DNA of 61,217 nt, the filler included. It is 6 parts of 6 records of this genome, joined end to end, with 100 filler letters (N's around TTAATTAATTAA, not from the genome) between each part and the next. Parts side by side here need not be neighbours in the genome. Positions count along the whole stretch, not along the records: positions 28,524 to 35,393 come from SRR2962707_3194; positions 35,494 to 46,607 come from SRR2962707_3195; 4 more parts are not named here. The stretch is one strand, 5' to 3'. The notes beneath the pieces are model-generated. The model was not told the origin of the DNA, did not search any database, and saw only the letters and a program-made list of their open reading frames with translations. Positions 32,067 through 41,097 of this stretch are shown here, piece by piece. Every line of letters begins with the position of its first letter. The first letter of the stretch is position 1. The position numbers were made by a program, and so were the translations under genes.

Positions 32067-32486
32067 ATGGACGACGCGACAAGAGCCCGAATTCATACCA
32101 GTTTTGATGCACAATCCATGATGGCGACCTTGGGGGCCAGGCTGTCTGAGGTGTCCCATGGAAATGTCAAAATCGAAGCCCCCATTTTGCCAGGTGCGCT
32201 TCAACAGCAAGGGTTCGGCCATGCGGGCCTTACGTTTTCCATCGGGGATAGCGCGGCGGGCTATGCTGCCTTGACCAGTCTGCCGCTCGACATGGAAGTT
32301 GTCACCGGCGAGATCAAGATAAACCTGATCGCACCGGCGCGTGGCGAAAAGCTGATCGCGATCGGCAAGCTGGTTAAACCCGGCAAACGGCTGTGTGTCG
32401 TCACATCAGAAGTGTTCGCCGTCGAGAACGGCCAAGAGAAACTGATCGCGATATTGCAGGGCACGATGGTGCCTGTGCCAACCTAG
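32067..32486 (+). CDS. PaaI family thioesterase
   Basis: QQGFGHAG...DSAAGYA hot-dog motif. Confidence 0.9.
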   Translation: MDDATRARIHTSFDAQSMMATLGARLSEVSHGNVKIEAPILPGALQQQGFGHAGLTFSIGDSAAGYAALTSLPLDMEVVTGEIKINLIAPARGEKLIAIGKLVKPGKRLCVVTSEVFAVENGQEKLIAILQGTMVPVPT

Positions 32487-33214
32487 ATTAATCCGGCCTC
32501 TAACACTGCGGGTCGAAAGCTGCGACTGACAGGGATTTCATCCCCCGAAACGAGAACCAGAAAGTCCCGCCCTTGTATGCGGCGGTGATGCACGACCGCA
32601 TTTCTAGCAACCCAATGTGACCGATGAACCTGTAATCCATCCGCAGCTCGCAGCGCGGCGACAGCATCCTGAAGACGAAGCAGCACCAGTGCGCTGCCGT
32701 TCTGTGTCACCACGTTCAAATAGTGATCCTGCGCCTCGACCCTGACGAGCGGCCCCCGTCGGTCCGGTGGGAGATGGCGCAGAAAAGCCGCCTCCGGGTC
32801 TTGAGGGGCCCCCTCAAACGGGGGCACGAATACATAGCGCGCCAATGCCAGTGCGCCATGCACCACCAGCACCGTTACCGCAATAATCACACCCAGATAT
32901 AGGAACTGGCCTGCACCCGCCCATTGCGGAAACACCCAGCTGTTCAAGATGTGAATAAGCACCGAGAGGATTAAAACAAAACCGCCCCAGAACACGGCGC
33001 TTTTCCAAACAGGTGCGCCCCTCGCCAAGCCAATGACCAATGCCGATCCAAGCACGGACAGCGCAATAATGCCAGCCCAATAGACCAACCTGAGCCCCGG
33101 CGTCAAAGCATCATGGGTACCAAACGGCCCCGCAACGGTGCTGAGCACAGTTGCCAAAGCCCAAACGCCCAGCCACACCAGTTGCCCTTTTCGTTCACGA
33201 AGCGTCGATGACAT
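32483..33214 (-). CDS. membrane-anchored LytTR DNA-binding protein
   Basis: Four TM helices then EAQDHY...GLQVHRSHWV...IPVSRS. Confidence 0.88.
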   Translation of the reverse strand: MSSTLRERKGQLVWLGVWALATVLSTVAGPFGTHDALTPGLRLVYWAGIIALSVLGSALVIGLARGAPVWKSAVFWGGFVLILSVLIHILNSWVFPQWAGAGQFLYLGVIIAVTVLVVHGALALARYVFVPPFEGAPQDPEAAFLRHLPPDRRGPLVRVEAQDHYLNVVTQNGSALVLLRLQDAVAALRAADGLQVHRSHWVARNAVVHHRRIQGRDFLVLVSGDEIPVSRSFRPAVLEAGLI

Positions 33215-33261
33215 TCTCAAACCCAACCTGCAATTCACGAAGCCCCGATGCCGTTCGCGAA
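33194..33261. promoter_or_regulatory. putative LytTR binding repeats
   Basis: TTCACGAA 33194, TTCTCAAA 33214, TTCACGAA 33234, TTCGCGAA 33254: 20-bp period. Confidence 0.55.
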
Positions 33262-33327
33262 ACCCCGCTTGGGCTCAGCACGCCAAGTCTGGCACGCAAA
33301 GGCAAGTGAACACAACGGAGTTTCCCA

Positions 33328-33726
33328 ATGTCCCTGTCCCCCCTTTTGAACGCCAGCCTGGCAATCCAGATCCACGCGTTTCTGGCCATTGCTGCGGTCG
33401 TGCTGACCATCGCCATCTTCACCCTTCCGCGCGGGTCAACTGCCCACCGATGGATGGGATGGTCTTGGGTCACCCTCATGGCAATCGTAGCATTGAGCAG
33501 CTTTGGCATCCACGAGATCAGAATGGTCGGCCCCTTTGGCCCGATCCATATCCTGTCGGCCTTCGTTCTGTTTCAGCTCGTGGTAAATGTCCGTGCCGCC
33601 AGAACCAAAAACATCCGCGCACATGCCCGCGGCATGAAGCTGCTAACCTTGGGCGCACTTGTCGGTGCCGGCGCATTCACGTTTCTGCCCGGGCGTATCA
33701 TGTATCAGGTGGTGGCTGGCGGCTAA
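33328..33726 (+). CDS. DUF2306 family membrane protein
   Basis: [23 protein letters not shown] and FTFLPGR motifs. Confidence 0.85.
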   Translation: MSLSPLLNASLAIQIHAFLAIAAVVLTIAIFTLPRGSTAHRWMGWSWVTLMAIVALSSFGIHEIRMVGPFGPIHILSAFVLFQLVVNVRAARTKNIRAHARGMKLLTLGALVGAGAFTFLPGRIMYQVVAGG

Positions 33727-34625
33727 GCAGTCAGCCCCTCAGGCTCGGGCAAATCATTGGCGCGGCAACAGGCGGTGACGGTGTTAGCCAACAGGCACGC
33801 AATCGTCATCGGGCCAACGCCACCGGGCACCGGCGTGATCGCGCCCGCAACTTCGACGCAGCTGGCAAAATCCACATCACCCACCAGACGTGTTTTGCCT
33901 TCGCCTTTTTCCGGCGCGTCTAGGCGGTTGATACCCACGTCGATTATGGTCGCGCCGGGCTTGATCCAATCACCGGGAACCATCTCCGGGCGACCCACTG
34001 CTGCTACAACGATATCCGCACGGCGCACGACATCCGCTAAATCTTTGGTGCGCGAATGGGCGATCGTCACGGTGCAACTGTCGTTCAGCAAAAGCTGCGC
34101 CATCGGTTTGCCCACAATATTGCTGCGCCCGATAATGACGGCATCCATGCCAGACAGACTGCCATGATGGTCGCGCAGCAGCATCAAACATCCCAGCGGC
34201 GTACAGGGCACCATCGATTTTTGCCCAGTCCCCAACAACCCCACGTTCGAGATATGAAACCCGTCCACATCCTTGGCGGGATCAATCGCGTTGATCACCA
34301 GATCTTCGTTCAGATGCTTGGGCAACGGCAATTGCACCAAAATCCCGTGAATTTCCGGATCAGCATTCAAATCGGCAATCAACGCCAGCAAATCAGCCTC
34401 GGTGGTCTCGGCATCCAACCGGTGCTCGACCGACTTCATCCCGACCTCGACGGTCATCTTGCCCTTTGATCGTACATATACCTCGGACGCCGGATCAGAG
34501 CCCACCAAAACAACCGCCAGCCCCGGCGTGATCCCATGATCTGCTTTCAGCCGGGCCACATTTGTACCCACCTGCCCCCGCACGCGGGCTGCAAATTCCT
34601 TGCCGTCAATGATCGTCGCTGTCAT
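33723..34625 (-). CDS. folD: methylenetetrahydrofolate dehydrogenase/cyclohydrolase
   Basis: [34 protein letters not shown] and [11 protein letters not shown] motifs. Confidence 0.97.
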   Translation of the reverse strand: MTATIIDGKEFAARVRGQVGTNVARLKADHGITPGLAVVLVGSDPASEVYVRSKGKMTVEVGMKSVEHRLDAETTEADLLALIADLNADPEIHGILVQLPLPKHLNEDLVINAIDPAKDVDGFHISNVGLLGTGQKSMVPCTPLGCLMLLRDHHGSLSGMDAVIIGRSNIVGKPMAQLLLNDSCTVTIAHSRTKDLADVVRRADIVVAAVGRPEMVPGDWIKPGATIIDVGINRLDAPEKGEGKTRLVGDVDFASCVEVAGAITPVPGGVGPMTIACLLANTVTACCRANDLPEPEGLTA

Positions 34626-34719
34626 GGAAACCGTCCTTCATTTTCTCTGGCTCTTAAATATCCCTGCCAGAGGCAGGAAAGGGCGCGGGGGTATTCCCCC
34701 GCGCCCTTTTCATACGCCC

Positions 34720-35393
34720 TTAGAACAGACCTTCAACATCGCCATTATCATTCAGGCGAATATTTTCGGCCGATGGTACCCGTGGCAGCCCCGGCATGGT
34801 CATGATCTCGCCGCAGATTGCCACAACGAACCCTGCCCCCGCCGACAAACGTACCTCGCGGACGGGGATGTTAAAGCCGGTTGGCGCGCCGCGACGTTCA
34901 GGGTCGGTGGTAAAGCTATACTGCGTTTTGGCCATACAGACCGGCAGATCGCCATATCCCTGATCTTCCCAATCCTTCAGCTGGTTCAGGATTTTCTGAT
35001 CCATCACCGCTGCATCCGCGCGATAGATCTTGGTCGCAATGGTGTTGATCTTGTCGGCAAGGCTCATCTCATCCGGATAGATCGGCGCGAAATTCGCCTC
35101 ACCCTTTTCAATCACTTCGACGACTTTGGTTGCCAGATCGGCAGACCCTTCGCTGCCCAGCTCCCAGTGCCGTGACAGGACCGCTTCTGATCCCTGGCTG
35201 GCGACATAATCCTTTACCGCCTGCACCTCGGCATCGGTGTCGGTCACAAAGTGGTTGATTGCGACGACCACCGGCACACCAAAGGATTTCAGGTTCTCAA
35301 TATGGCGACCAAGGTTCGGGCACCCGGCCTGCACGGCCGCGACATTCTCGGCCCCCAGATCAGCCTTGGCGACGCCACCGTTCATCTTCATCG
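34720..35393 (-). CDS. fhs: formate--tetrahydrofolate ligase, 5'-truncated
   Basis: [18 protein letters not shown] and IMTMPGLP motifs; C-terminal GLF. Confidence 0.95.
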
Positions 35394-35493
35394 NNNNNNN
35401 NNNNNNNNNNNNNNNNNNNNNNNNNNNNNNNNNNNNNTTAATTAATTAANNNNNNNNNNNNNNNNNNNNNNNNNNNNNNNNNNNNNNNNNNNN
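35394..35493. other. artificial contig spacer
   Basis: N44-TTAATTAATTAA-N44. Confidence 0.99.
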
Positions 35494-35494
35494 G

Positions 35495-35544
35495 TGGTGC
35501 CCGGGACCGGAATCGAACCAGTGACACGCGGATTTTCAATCCGC
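35495..35544 (-). tRNA. tRNA-Phe(GAA) 3' half only (att core)
   Basis: Reverse complement GCGGA-TTGAAAA-TCCGC-GTGTC-ACTGGTTCGATTCCGGT-CCCGGGC-ACCA; the D arm and 5' acceptor strand are absent. Confidence 0.9.
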
Positions 35545-35587
35545 CCATTATCTATATTTCACGGCGCAAATCGCCTATATGTTGCGC

Positions 35588-36283
35588 CTATGTCGCGTTC
35601 GTTGTGAGCGCCTTCCACTTGCGCGCACTATGATCCTCGACAACGTTGAAAGTTTTATGTGCCGGGCGAGCCTTTCGAACTGTGACCCCCGGATATTGGG
35701 AAAGCAGCATTGCGAGCCTGCCAGCGCTAAGGACTGAGCGATGGCCTACGATAATCTCGCGCAATTGCAGGTGAGGTTCGATATCTGCGAAGTGGAGCAT
35801 ACTGACTGGGTCAAGATTTTTGAGACCAGAGAACAACCGCCACTCTTTCTCATAGCTCCACGCCTCAAATTTAAGCCCGATTAGCCTATTGTACGCCTTA
35901 GCGAATTCTCCGGGGTCTGCCTGTGCTTCCGCTTCGACCGGATCTTTCAAATTGAGCATCTCGGCGGTCGGTCTGACTGTCACATATTCGACCTTGGTCA
36001 AGTACTTTTCATCGACGTCGAAGCCGAGGCAAATACCTTTGTGCGACGCCGCATAATGCGCCCACAACAGCGGCTCATTCCAATGTTCGCTGAAGCAGAC
36101 AAGTCCGGCGTGATCGTTCCAATACGCTTTCCAGCTGCGCAAGTACCTCCGGACTTCCTTTTCGGCGATCACTCCAGCAAATTCAAACGGATCGTTGAGC
36201 TCAGAAATGCGGGCCAACTTCAGGCGCCTATCCCGAAGCGCGGCAAGCCCGTACTCCATGCCAGTGAAATGATAGAGCCTCAT
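35588..36283 (-). CDS. DUF2971 family protein
   Basis: MRLYHFT, LNDPFE, CFSE, LLWAHYAASHKGICLGF and KFEAWSYEKEWR motifs; ATGA overlap with integrase stop. Confidence 0.85.
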   Translation of the reverse strand: MRLYHFTGMEYGLAALRDRRLKLARISELNDPFEFAGVIAEKEVRRYLRSWKAYWNDHAGLVCFSEHWNEPLLWAHYAASHKGICLGFDVDEKYLTKVEYVTVRPTAEMLNLKDPVEAEAQADPGEFAKAYNRLIGLKFEAWSYEKEWRLFSGLKNLDPVSMLHFADIEPHLQLREIIVGHRSVLSAGRLAMLLSQYPGVTVRKARPAHKTFNVVEDHSARKWKALTTNAT

Positions 36284-37521
36284 CCTGTTGAGCCGAGCAA
36301 ACTCGCCTCCGCTGCCGCCATTTCGTCGGCATCCTCCCCCCGCGGAAACAGGTGCGAGTAGGTGTCCATCGTCAAATTGATAGTGGCATGACCTAGCCGC
36401 TCCTGCACCACCTTCGGCGGCAGGCCAAGCCCGCCATCCTGCGGCCGGTTGATGCACCAGCTGGCGTAGAAGTGCCTCAAGGCGTGCATGCCAGTATAGC
36501 GGGCGGTGGTAATCGGCTGGCCATCGGCGTCGACCTCGCCAGTCTCCACTGTCACTCCAGCCCGGCGCTGGACCGGTAGCAAGCCGCGGTTGACCATGTT
36601 GGCCAGGCTCTCGACCTTGCCACGGCCATTGGGGAACACCAGTTCCAGATCCATGATCGGGTGCCCCTGATCATCCTTGCGGCCGGTATCGCGGCGCGGG
36701 CACACCAGGCGCCATTCGCGCAGCGTGTTGACCACGATCGGCGGAAGGGGCACTTCGCGCTCGCCAGCTTCGGACTTCGGCTGGCCAATGTCATTAAAGC
36801 GGTCTGCGCGCTGGTTGACGTGCAGCCACTTGCGCTCCAGATCAACGTCGCTCCAGCGCAACCCACGCAACTCCGAAGCGCGCAGGCCAGTGAAGATTGC
36901 AGTGAGCAGCACCGGGCGCCATCGCCCCTGCAGCGCCCCCACAATAGCTTTGATCTCTGCGGGCGCTGGAATATCCACTCCCACCTTCAATTTGCCCTTG
37001 GCGCGCTTCTCTGCCCGCCTATCAGATGATCCGCGCCGCCCGCGCATCTCACGCACCACATTGCGGGCAACCAGGCCGCGCTCCTGGGCGTCGGCAATGA
37101 GAGAGCCGAGGCTGACCACCACCTTGCGAACCATGGCCGGTGAGCGACCCTCATCGAGCATCCGCTCTTCGAATTGTCGCAGCGCCGGCAGTGTCAGGGC
37201 GTTGAGGCGCGTTTCACCGATGAACGGGCCAATGTGGAGCTCAAGGTGTTGGCGATACTGGTCGACAGTAGAGCGCTCGCGCCCTGCCCTGCCCTTCGCG
37301 GCGATCCACATGCGGCCGGCGTGCATGACCGTCGCGCTGGCCGCGTCTGCCACGTGCACGCCCTCGCGGACTTCCACGGCGGCGGTGGAGGCGAACTGGT
37401 CGGCCTCTTTCTTGCGCTCAAAGGTCTTGAGGCGCCGCTTGCCCTGGCTATCGAGGTAATCGACCACCCATGCGGATTTCTCGACGCCGCCAGTCGACCA
37501 GGTGCGTTTACGGACGCTCAT
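36280..37521 (-). CDS. int: tyrosine recombinase/integrase
   Basis: TGLRASEL (R), PKS (K), HALRH, LGH and TMDTYSH (Y); N-terminal arm-binding region. Confidence 0.96.
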   Translation of the reverse strand: MSVRKRTWSTGGVEKSAWVVDYLDSQGKRRLKTFERKKEADQFASTAAVEVREGVHVADAASATVMHAGRMWIAAKGRAGRERSTVDQYRQHLELHIGPFIGETRLNALTLPALRQFEERMLDEGRSPAMVRKVVVSLGSLIADAQERGLVARNVVREMRGRRGSSDRRAEKRAKGKLKVGVDIPAPAEIKAIVGALQGRWRPVLLTAIFTGLRASELRGLRWSDVDLERKWLHVNQRADRFNDIGQPKSEAGEREVPLPPIVVNTLREWRLVCPRRDTGRKDDQGHPIMDLELVFPNGRGKVESLANMVNRGLLPVQRRAGVTVETGEVDADGQPITTARYTGMHALRHFYASWCINRPQDGGLGLPPKVVQERLGHATINLTMDTYSHLFPRGEDADEMAAAEASLLGSTG

Positions 37522-37916
37522 TTGCGTCTAACTGGAGGCACAAGCCAAGGCTTCATTTCGTCACGCGAAATGCTGTCATTGGCAATCTGGTCCATTTTAG
37601 ACCGCATGGCATTGAGGTGTGACTCGCACGCTTCAATTATGCCCCGAGCCAGCTGCAGCCGCGCCAGTTCATCGATCAGGTTACGCTTGTCCGGCAATGT
37701 ACCCTCCGACAGGGGAAGACGTGCCGGAATTTCACCCTCAAATGGCTCGATCCGGGCATGCAGCCCGGCGATATCTCGCTGCAATCTTTGCACTTCGACC
37801 GTAAGTTTTGTGACGCCATCAGCTAGCCTGGCAATTTGCTCTTGGATTTCGCTCACGTTCGCCTCCTGGATGTTTGATGTCGGTGATGGCATCGGGCCAG
37901 GTGCGCTTGCGGACAC
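37518..37916 (-). CDS. hypothetical coiled-coil protein
   Basis: 132 aa, ATGA-coupled to int. Confidence 0.6.
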   Translation of the reverse strand: MSASAPGPMPSPTSNIQEANVSEIQEQIARLADGVTKLTVEVQRLQRDIAGLHARIEPFEGEIPARLPLSEGTLPDKRNLIDELARLQLARGIIEACESHLNAMRSKMDQIANDSISRDEMKPWLVPPVRRK

Positions 37917-37953
37917 TCATCGCTTTGACGGCTCAATTTGCTCCGCGCTCCAG

Positions 37954-38235
37954 TCACGCCCGGACCTCCTGAAGACTGGCGGCGCGTCCAGCGGGCGACG
38001 CAGAGCGCAGGCCTGAAGTACGCAAGCCCGCCTCAGTGGCAGTCGGGCCAAGCACCACGCGATTTTGTTCGATGAAGCGGGTGATTTCCTCACGCTCATA
38101 TCGGCGAGTTGGGCACTTTTTACCCAAGCCGATGTTGGTGCTACTCAGACGCCCCGCGTCTGAAAGCTCCCGCAGCTGCCGTTCAGAGATAGCTAATAGC
38201 TGCGAAGCCTGTTGTGGCGTCAGCAGTGCGGCCAT
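37954..38235 (-). CDS. excisionase-like HTH protein
   Basis: LLTPQQASQLLAISERQLRELSDAGRL...RRYEREEITRFIE. Confidence 0.8.
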   Translation of the reverse strand: MAALLTPQQASQLLAISERQLRELSDAGRLSSTNIGLGKKCPTRRYEREEITRFIEQNRVVLGPTATEAGLRTSGLRSASPAGRAASLQEVRA

Positions 38236-38237
38236 GG

Positions 38238-38681
38238 CTAGGCCTTGCCCTTGTTTTGTCCGTCCTTGGTCACTGCGTTCTTCATAATTTCAACGTTTCG
38301 CATCGCCTCGTCAAAGGTGGCCGCGCCACGCCAAATGTCCTGATTAAGCTGTACGTCAAATAGCGGAATACATAGGCCCAATGCCGCCTGAACTACTGAA
38401 AGGGACATTTCAAAGTGCGCCTCCCAGTCCAGATCGGCCCCTTGAGATGGATGCCATCCCTCAAAGAGTTTGCGCATTTCCGTGGTGAGATCGACAACTT
38501 CGTGGCTGCGTTCATCCAAGGCATCCGCATTTTTCTCGAGAGATAGAGCGATTTGGCAAAGGCGCCGTATTGCCTCGCCTCTCGAGCGAATTCGTTTGGA
38601 AAACATCCAGTCGTCGATTTCTGCCAGTTCGCCTGGCGTCATCATTGTAACAACCCGCTGGTCCTTCAGCTCTCCCGACAT
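38238..38681 (-). CDS. ribbon-helix-helix repressor-like protein
   Basis: DQRVVTMMTPGELAEIDDWMFSKRIRSRGEAIRRLC; GGAG RBS. Confidence 0.75.
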   Translation of the reverse strand: MSGELKDQRVVTMMTPGELAEIDDWMFSKRIRSRGEAIRRLCQIALSLEKNADALDERSHEVVDLTTEMRKLFEGWHPSQGADLDWEAHFEMSLSVVQAALGLCIPLFDVQLNQDIWRGAATFDEAMRNVEIMKNAVTKDGQNKGKA

Positions 38682-38705
38682 TCCAGCTCCTGCAGAAACA
38701 TGCAC

Positions 38706-38779
38706 AACTTTACCAAGTCCTATTGACACATTTGGCCGACGCAGAGCAAGAATGTGCGTGTTGGTAAACTTTACCAAGT
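38706..38779. promoter_or_regulatory. divergent promoter/operator region
   Basis: Palindrome TTGGTAAA-C-TTTACCAA (38761-38777); AACTTTACCAAGT repeated at 38706 and 38767; TTGACA at 38723. Confidence 0.7.
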
Positions 38780-38797
38780 GTGAAAGGAAATTGCAGA

Positions 38798-39001
38798 ATG
38801 CAATCGCAGCGATGCAATCGCTTTGTGCTGATGCTCTCAGATGGGGAGGTGGCAGCAATCCAAGACTATCGTTTCGCTCACCGCGTCGGCAGCAAGGCCG
38901 GCGCAGCACGCAGGCTCATCGAAAATGGTCTAAAAGCCGAAAAAGAAAATGGCCCAGCAGCGACGGCAATCGCTCTGGACCAGGAACCGACCACCCCCTG
39001 A
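38798..39001 (+). CDS. small ribbon-helix-helix regulator
   Basis: RFVLMLSDGEVAAIQDYRFAHRVGSKAGAARRLIENGL; AAGGA RBS. Confidence 0.7.
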   Translation: MQSQRCNRFVLMLSDGEVAAIQDYRFAHRVGSKAGAARRLIENGLKAEKENGPAATAIALDQEPTTP

Positions 39002-39015
39002 ACAGGAATAGATCA

Positions 39016-39339
39016 ATGCTCAGCAATGAGAATAGCACCAGCACGCCTGGCAGCGCAACGCCCATCGACTGGCGGGCTGTGGTAGATGGCCATGACGGCC
39101 TCTACGACCATGCAGTCATCATGGCCCGCCATCTTTACGTTTTGATGGACCGGCTCGAAACCGGCCTCAATGCGAACCGTGGACGTGTGGCTGAAACCGG
39201 TATCACCCTTGTTTTCCAGCAAGATGGCATCGACGCCAACCTTTGGCTCGTTAGCGAGGCATGGCAGCTCGCCAAAAGCCTTCGTGAGAAGATCGAGGCC
39301 GTCCAGGACCAGATGGAAGCCGACGAGGTGGTATCATGA
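39016..39339 (+). CDS. hypothetical protein
   Basis: 107 aa, AGGA RBS, ATGA-coupled to next gene. Confidence 0.65.
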   Translation: MLSNENSTSTPGSATPIDWRAVVDGHDGLYDHAVIMARHLYVLMDRLETGLNANRGRVAETGITLVFQQDGIDANLWLVSEAWQLAKSLREKIEAVQDQMEADEVVS

Positions 39340-39578
39340 CCCCGCGCGAACGCCTCGAATACATCATCGAAACCGCCCTCTGCCTGCTCGACCAGATCGA
39401 TGGCGATTGCGACCTCGAACCAGAAACTCTCGAAAGTTCCCTTGGTGGAGCCTGCTACAGCGCTAGCGACAAGCTGTTCGATGATCTGGAGCTCGACAAT
39501 TCCGACAACGAACTGGAAGAACCAACCCGCTTCGATCCTCAAGGCAGCTGGATCTCTGGAGGCTCAAATGCAGCCTGA
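39336..39578 (+). CDS. small acidic hypothetical protein
   Basis: 80 aa, LLDQIDGDCDLE, 20 Asp/Glu residues; GAGG RBS. Confidence 0.7.
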   Translation: MTPRERLEYIIETALCLLDQIDGDCDLEPETLESSLGGACYSASDKLFDDLELDNSDNELEEPTRFDPQGSWISGGSNAA

Positions 39579-39759
39579 ACTCGAGACTCTCGATCTGGTC
39601 TGGGGCGCCAAAGCAATCGCCAAAATCCTTGGCGTCACCGACCGCGCCGTTTTCCACATGCTGGCCAAAGGCGAGCTGCCGGCGCGCCAGGTGGGCCAGC
39701 GATGGGTGGCCAGCCGTCGAAAGCTTGTCGAGCACTTCGAGCGGGAGACCCTGCCATGA
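39568..39759 (+). CDS. AlpA/excisionase-like DNA-binding protein
   Basis: DLVWGAKAIAKILGVTDRAVFHMLAKGELPARQVGQRWVASRRKL; GGAGG RBS. Confidence 0.82.
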   Translation: MQPELETLDLVWGAKAIAKILGVTDRAVFHMLAKGELPARQVGQRWVASRRKLVEHFERETLP

Positions 39760-39881
39760 GATTGATCGGCATCTACATCGCTCGGGCCCGCCTAGCGGTG
39801 GCCAGATGGCACCGCAGACAAGCACTCGCCCATGTTGCCGCGGCTGCTCGATACTTGGAGGGGCTGCGCAATGAGACATAG
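39756..39881 (+). CDS. 41-aa basic hypothetical protein (not in ORF track)
   Basis: MRLIGIYIARARLAVARWHRRQALAHVAAAARYLEGLRNET; overlaps both neighbours. Confidence 0.5.
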   Translation: MRLIGIYIARARLAVARWHRRQALAHVAAAARYLEGLRNET

Positions 39882-40125
39882 CCAGGCACGCCGCCGGCGG
39901 TGGAAGACATTGCTGCCGCCAATTCATGATCGGCGCCCTGACCCGCTTGCAGCCCATCGCAGGGCCAACCTGGCTGTTGCTGTCGCCTTGCGCGATGGCA
40001 GGCTTGAGAAACAGCCCTGCGAGGTCTGTGGAACGGCGGAGGGCGTAGAGGCGCACCACGACGACCTAACCGCGCCTCTCGACGTGCGGTGGCGCTGCGC
40101 AACCCATCCGCAGGGGCGTCAATGA
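39871..40125 (+). CDS. small HNH-like zinc-binding protein
   Basis: CEVCG...EAHHDDLTAPLDVRWRCATH; GGAGG RBS. Confidence 0.65.
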   Translation: MRHSQARRRRWKTLLPPIHDRRPDPLAAHRRANLAVAVALRDGRLEKQPCEVCGTAEGVEAHHDDLTAPLDVRWRCATHPQGRQ

Positions 40126-40943
40126 CCAGTTCCCCGCGGTGGTACCGCTTCTTTCCAACGGACTGGCTATCGCGCATCGGCGACCTGTCTTCAGTCGAGC
40201 GTGGCGTATTGCTGACGCTGGTCTGTCTGATGTTCGAGCGAGGCGACAGATTGCCACGTGATGACGCACGGTTGGCCCGACTTTGCGGCATGACTCCAGC
40301 GTCGTTTCGCAAGGCTTTGAACGCTCTAATTCATGAGGGCAAGGTGACCGAAACCGATGGCCTGCTATCCACGGAATGGGTCGCGGTTGAACTCGCAAAC
40401 ACATTTCAAAAGGCGAACTCCGCAAGTCGGAGTGCGAAAGCAAGGTGGGATAAAAAGCCCAACGAAAACAATGACACCCCTGATGCGTCCGCATCGCCAA
40501 CGCATCCAGAACGCATATGCGAACCGGATGCTACCCAGAACCAGAAAGAAACCCCTATAGGCCCTAAGGGCCAAAATGGTTTGATTGATCTGAGTGGAAT
40601 GTCTCGGGAGATCCAGACCTACACAAGCCTGGGGATCAACCGGGAGGCAGCGCTGGGCGTCGAATGCCATCGGTGCGGTGCAACGCCGAACGCGCCGTGT
40701 GTTGGCACTGATGGCGCCCAGCGGGCACGATCCCACATCCAGCGCTATCAGTTGGTTGCGCATCACCGGAACGTCCCAACGGCAAGCACCGGCGGCGAAC
40801 TTCCCGTGATCCGCGAAGATGACCCGATAGCCCCGTTCCTGGCCAAGGTGCGTGGGAAGCCGATCTATTGGGGCATCAGGTCATGCACAACGGCTACACC
40901 TGCCGAGATGGACGCTGCTCGGGCGCTGGCAGGTGCAGCATGA
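40122..40943 (+). CDS. DUF1376/YdaU-type phage replication initiator with C-terminal zinc finger
   Basis: WYRFFPTDWL...LSSVERGVLLTLVCLMF...LPRDDARLARLCG...KARW; CHRCGATPNAPC...H. Confidence 0.82.
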   Translation: MTSSPRWYRFFPTDWLSRIGDLSSVERGVLLTLVCLMFERGDRLPRDDARLARLCGMTPASFRKALNALIHEGKVTETDGLLSTEWVAVELANTFQKANSASRSAKARWDKKPNENNDTPDASASPTHPERICEPDATQNQKETPIGPKGQNGLIDLSGMSREIQTYTSLGINREAALGVECHRCGATPNAPCVGTDGAQRARSHIQRYQLVAHHRNVPTASTGGELPVIREDDPIAPFLAKVRGKPIYWGIRSCTTATPAEMDAARALAGAA

Positions 40944-41097
40944 CCGGGGGCGCGTCTGCAAAGTCCACCGAACCAACAGCCCAGACCGGTGCTGGGCCAA
41001 ATCTCTCGTATTTGCAGATTGATGTTCTGAGAGATCCAATCTGCAACGCCGACTGACCCACCTGCCAGCCCACCCACAACCCGAGAAAGTACAAATC

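Noticed and set aside
35495-35544. Functional tRNA-Phe gene
   Set aside because: 5' acceptor strand and D arm are absent; it is an att fragment
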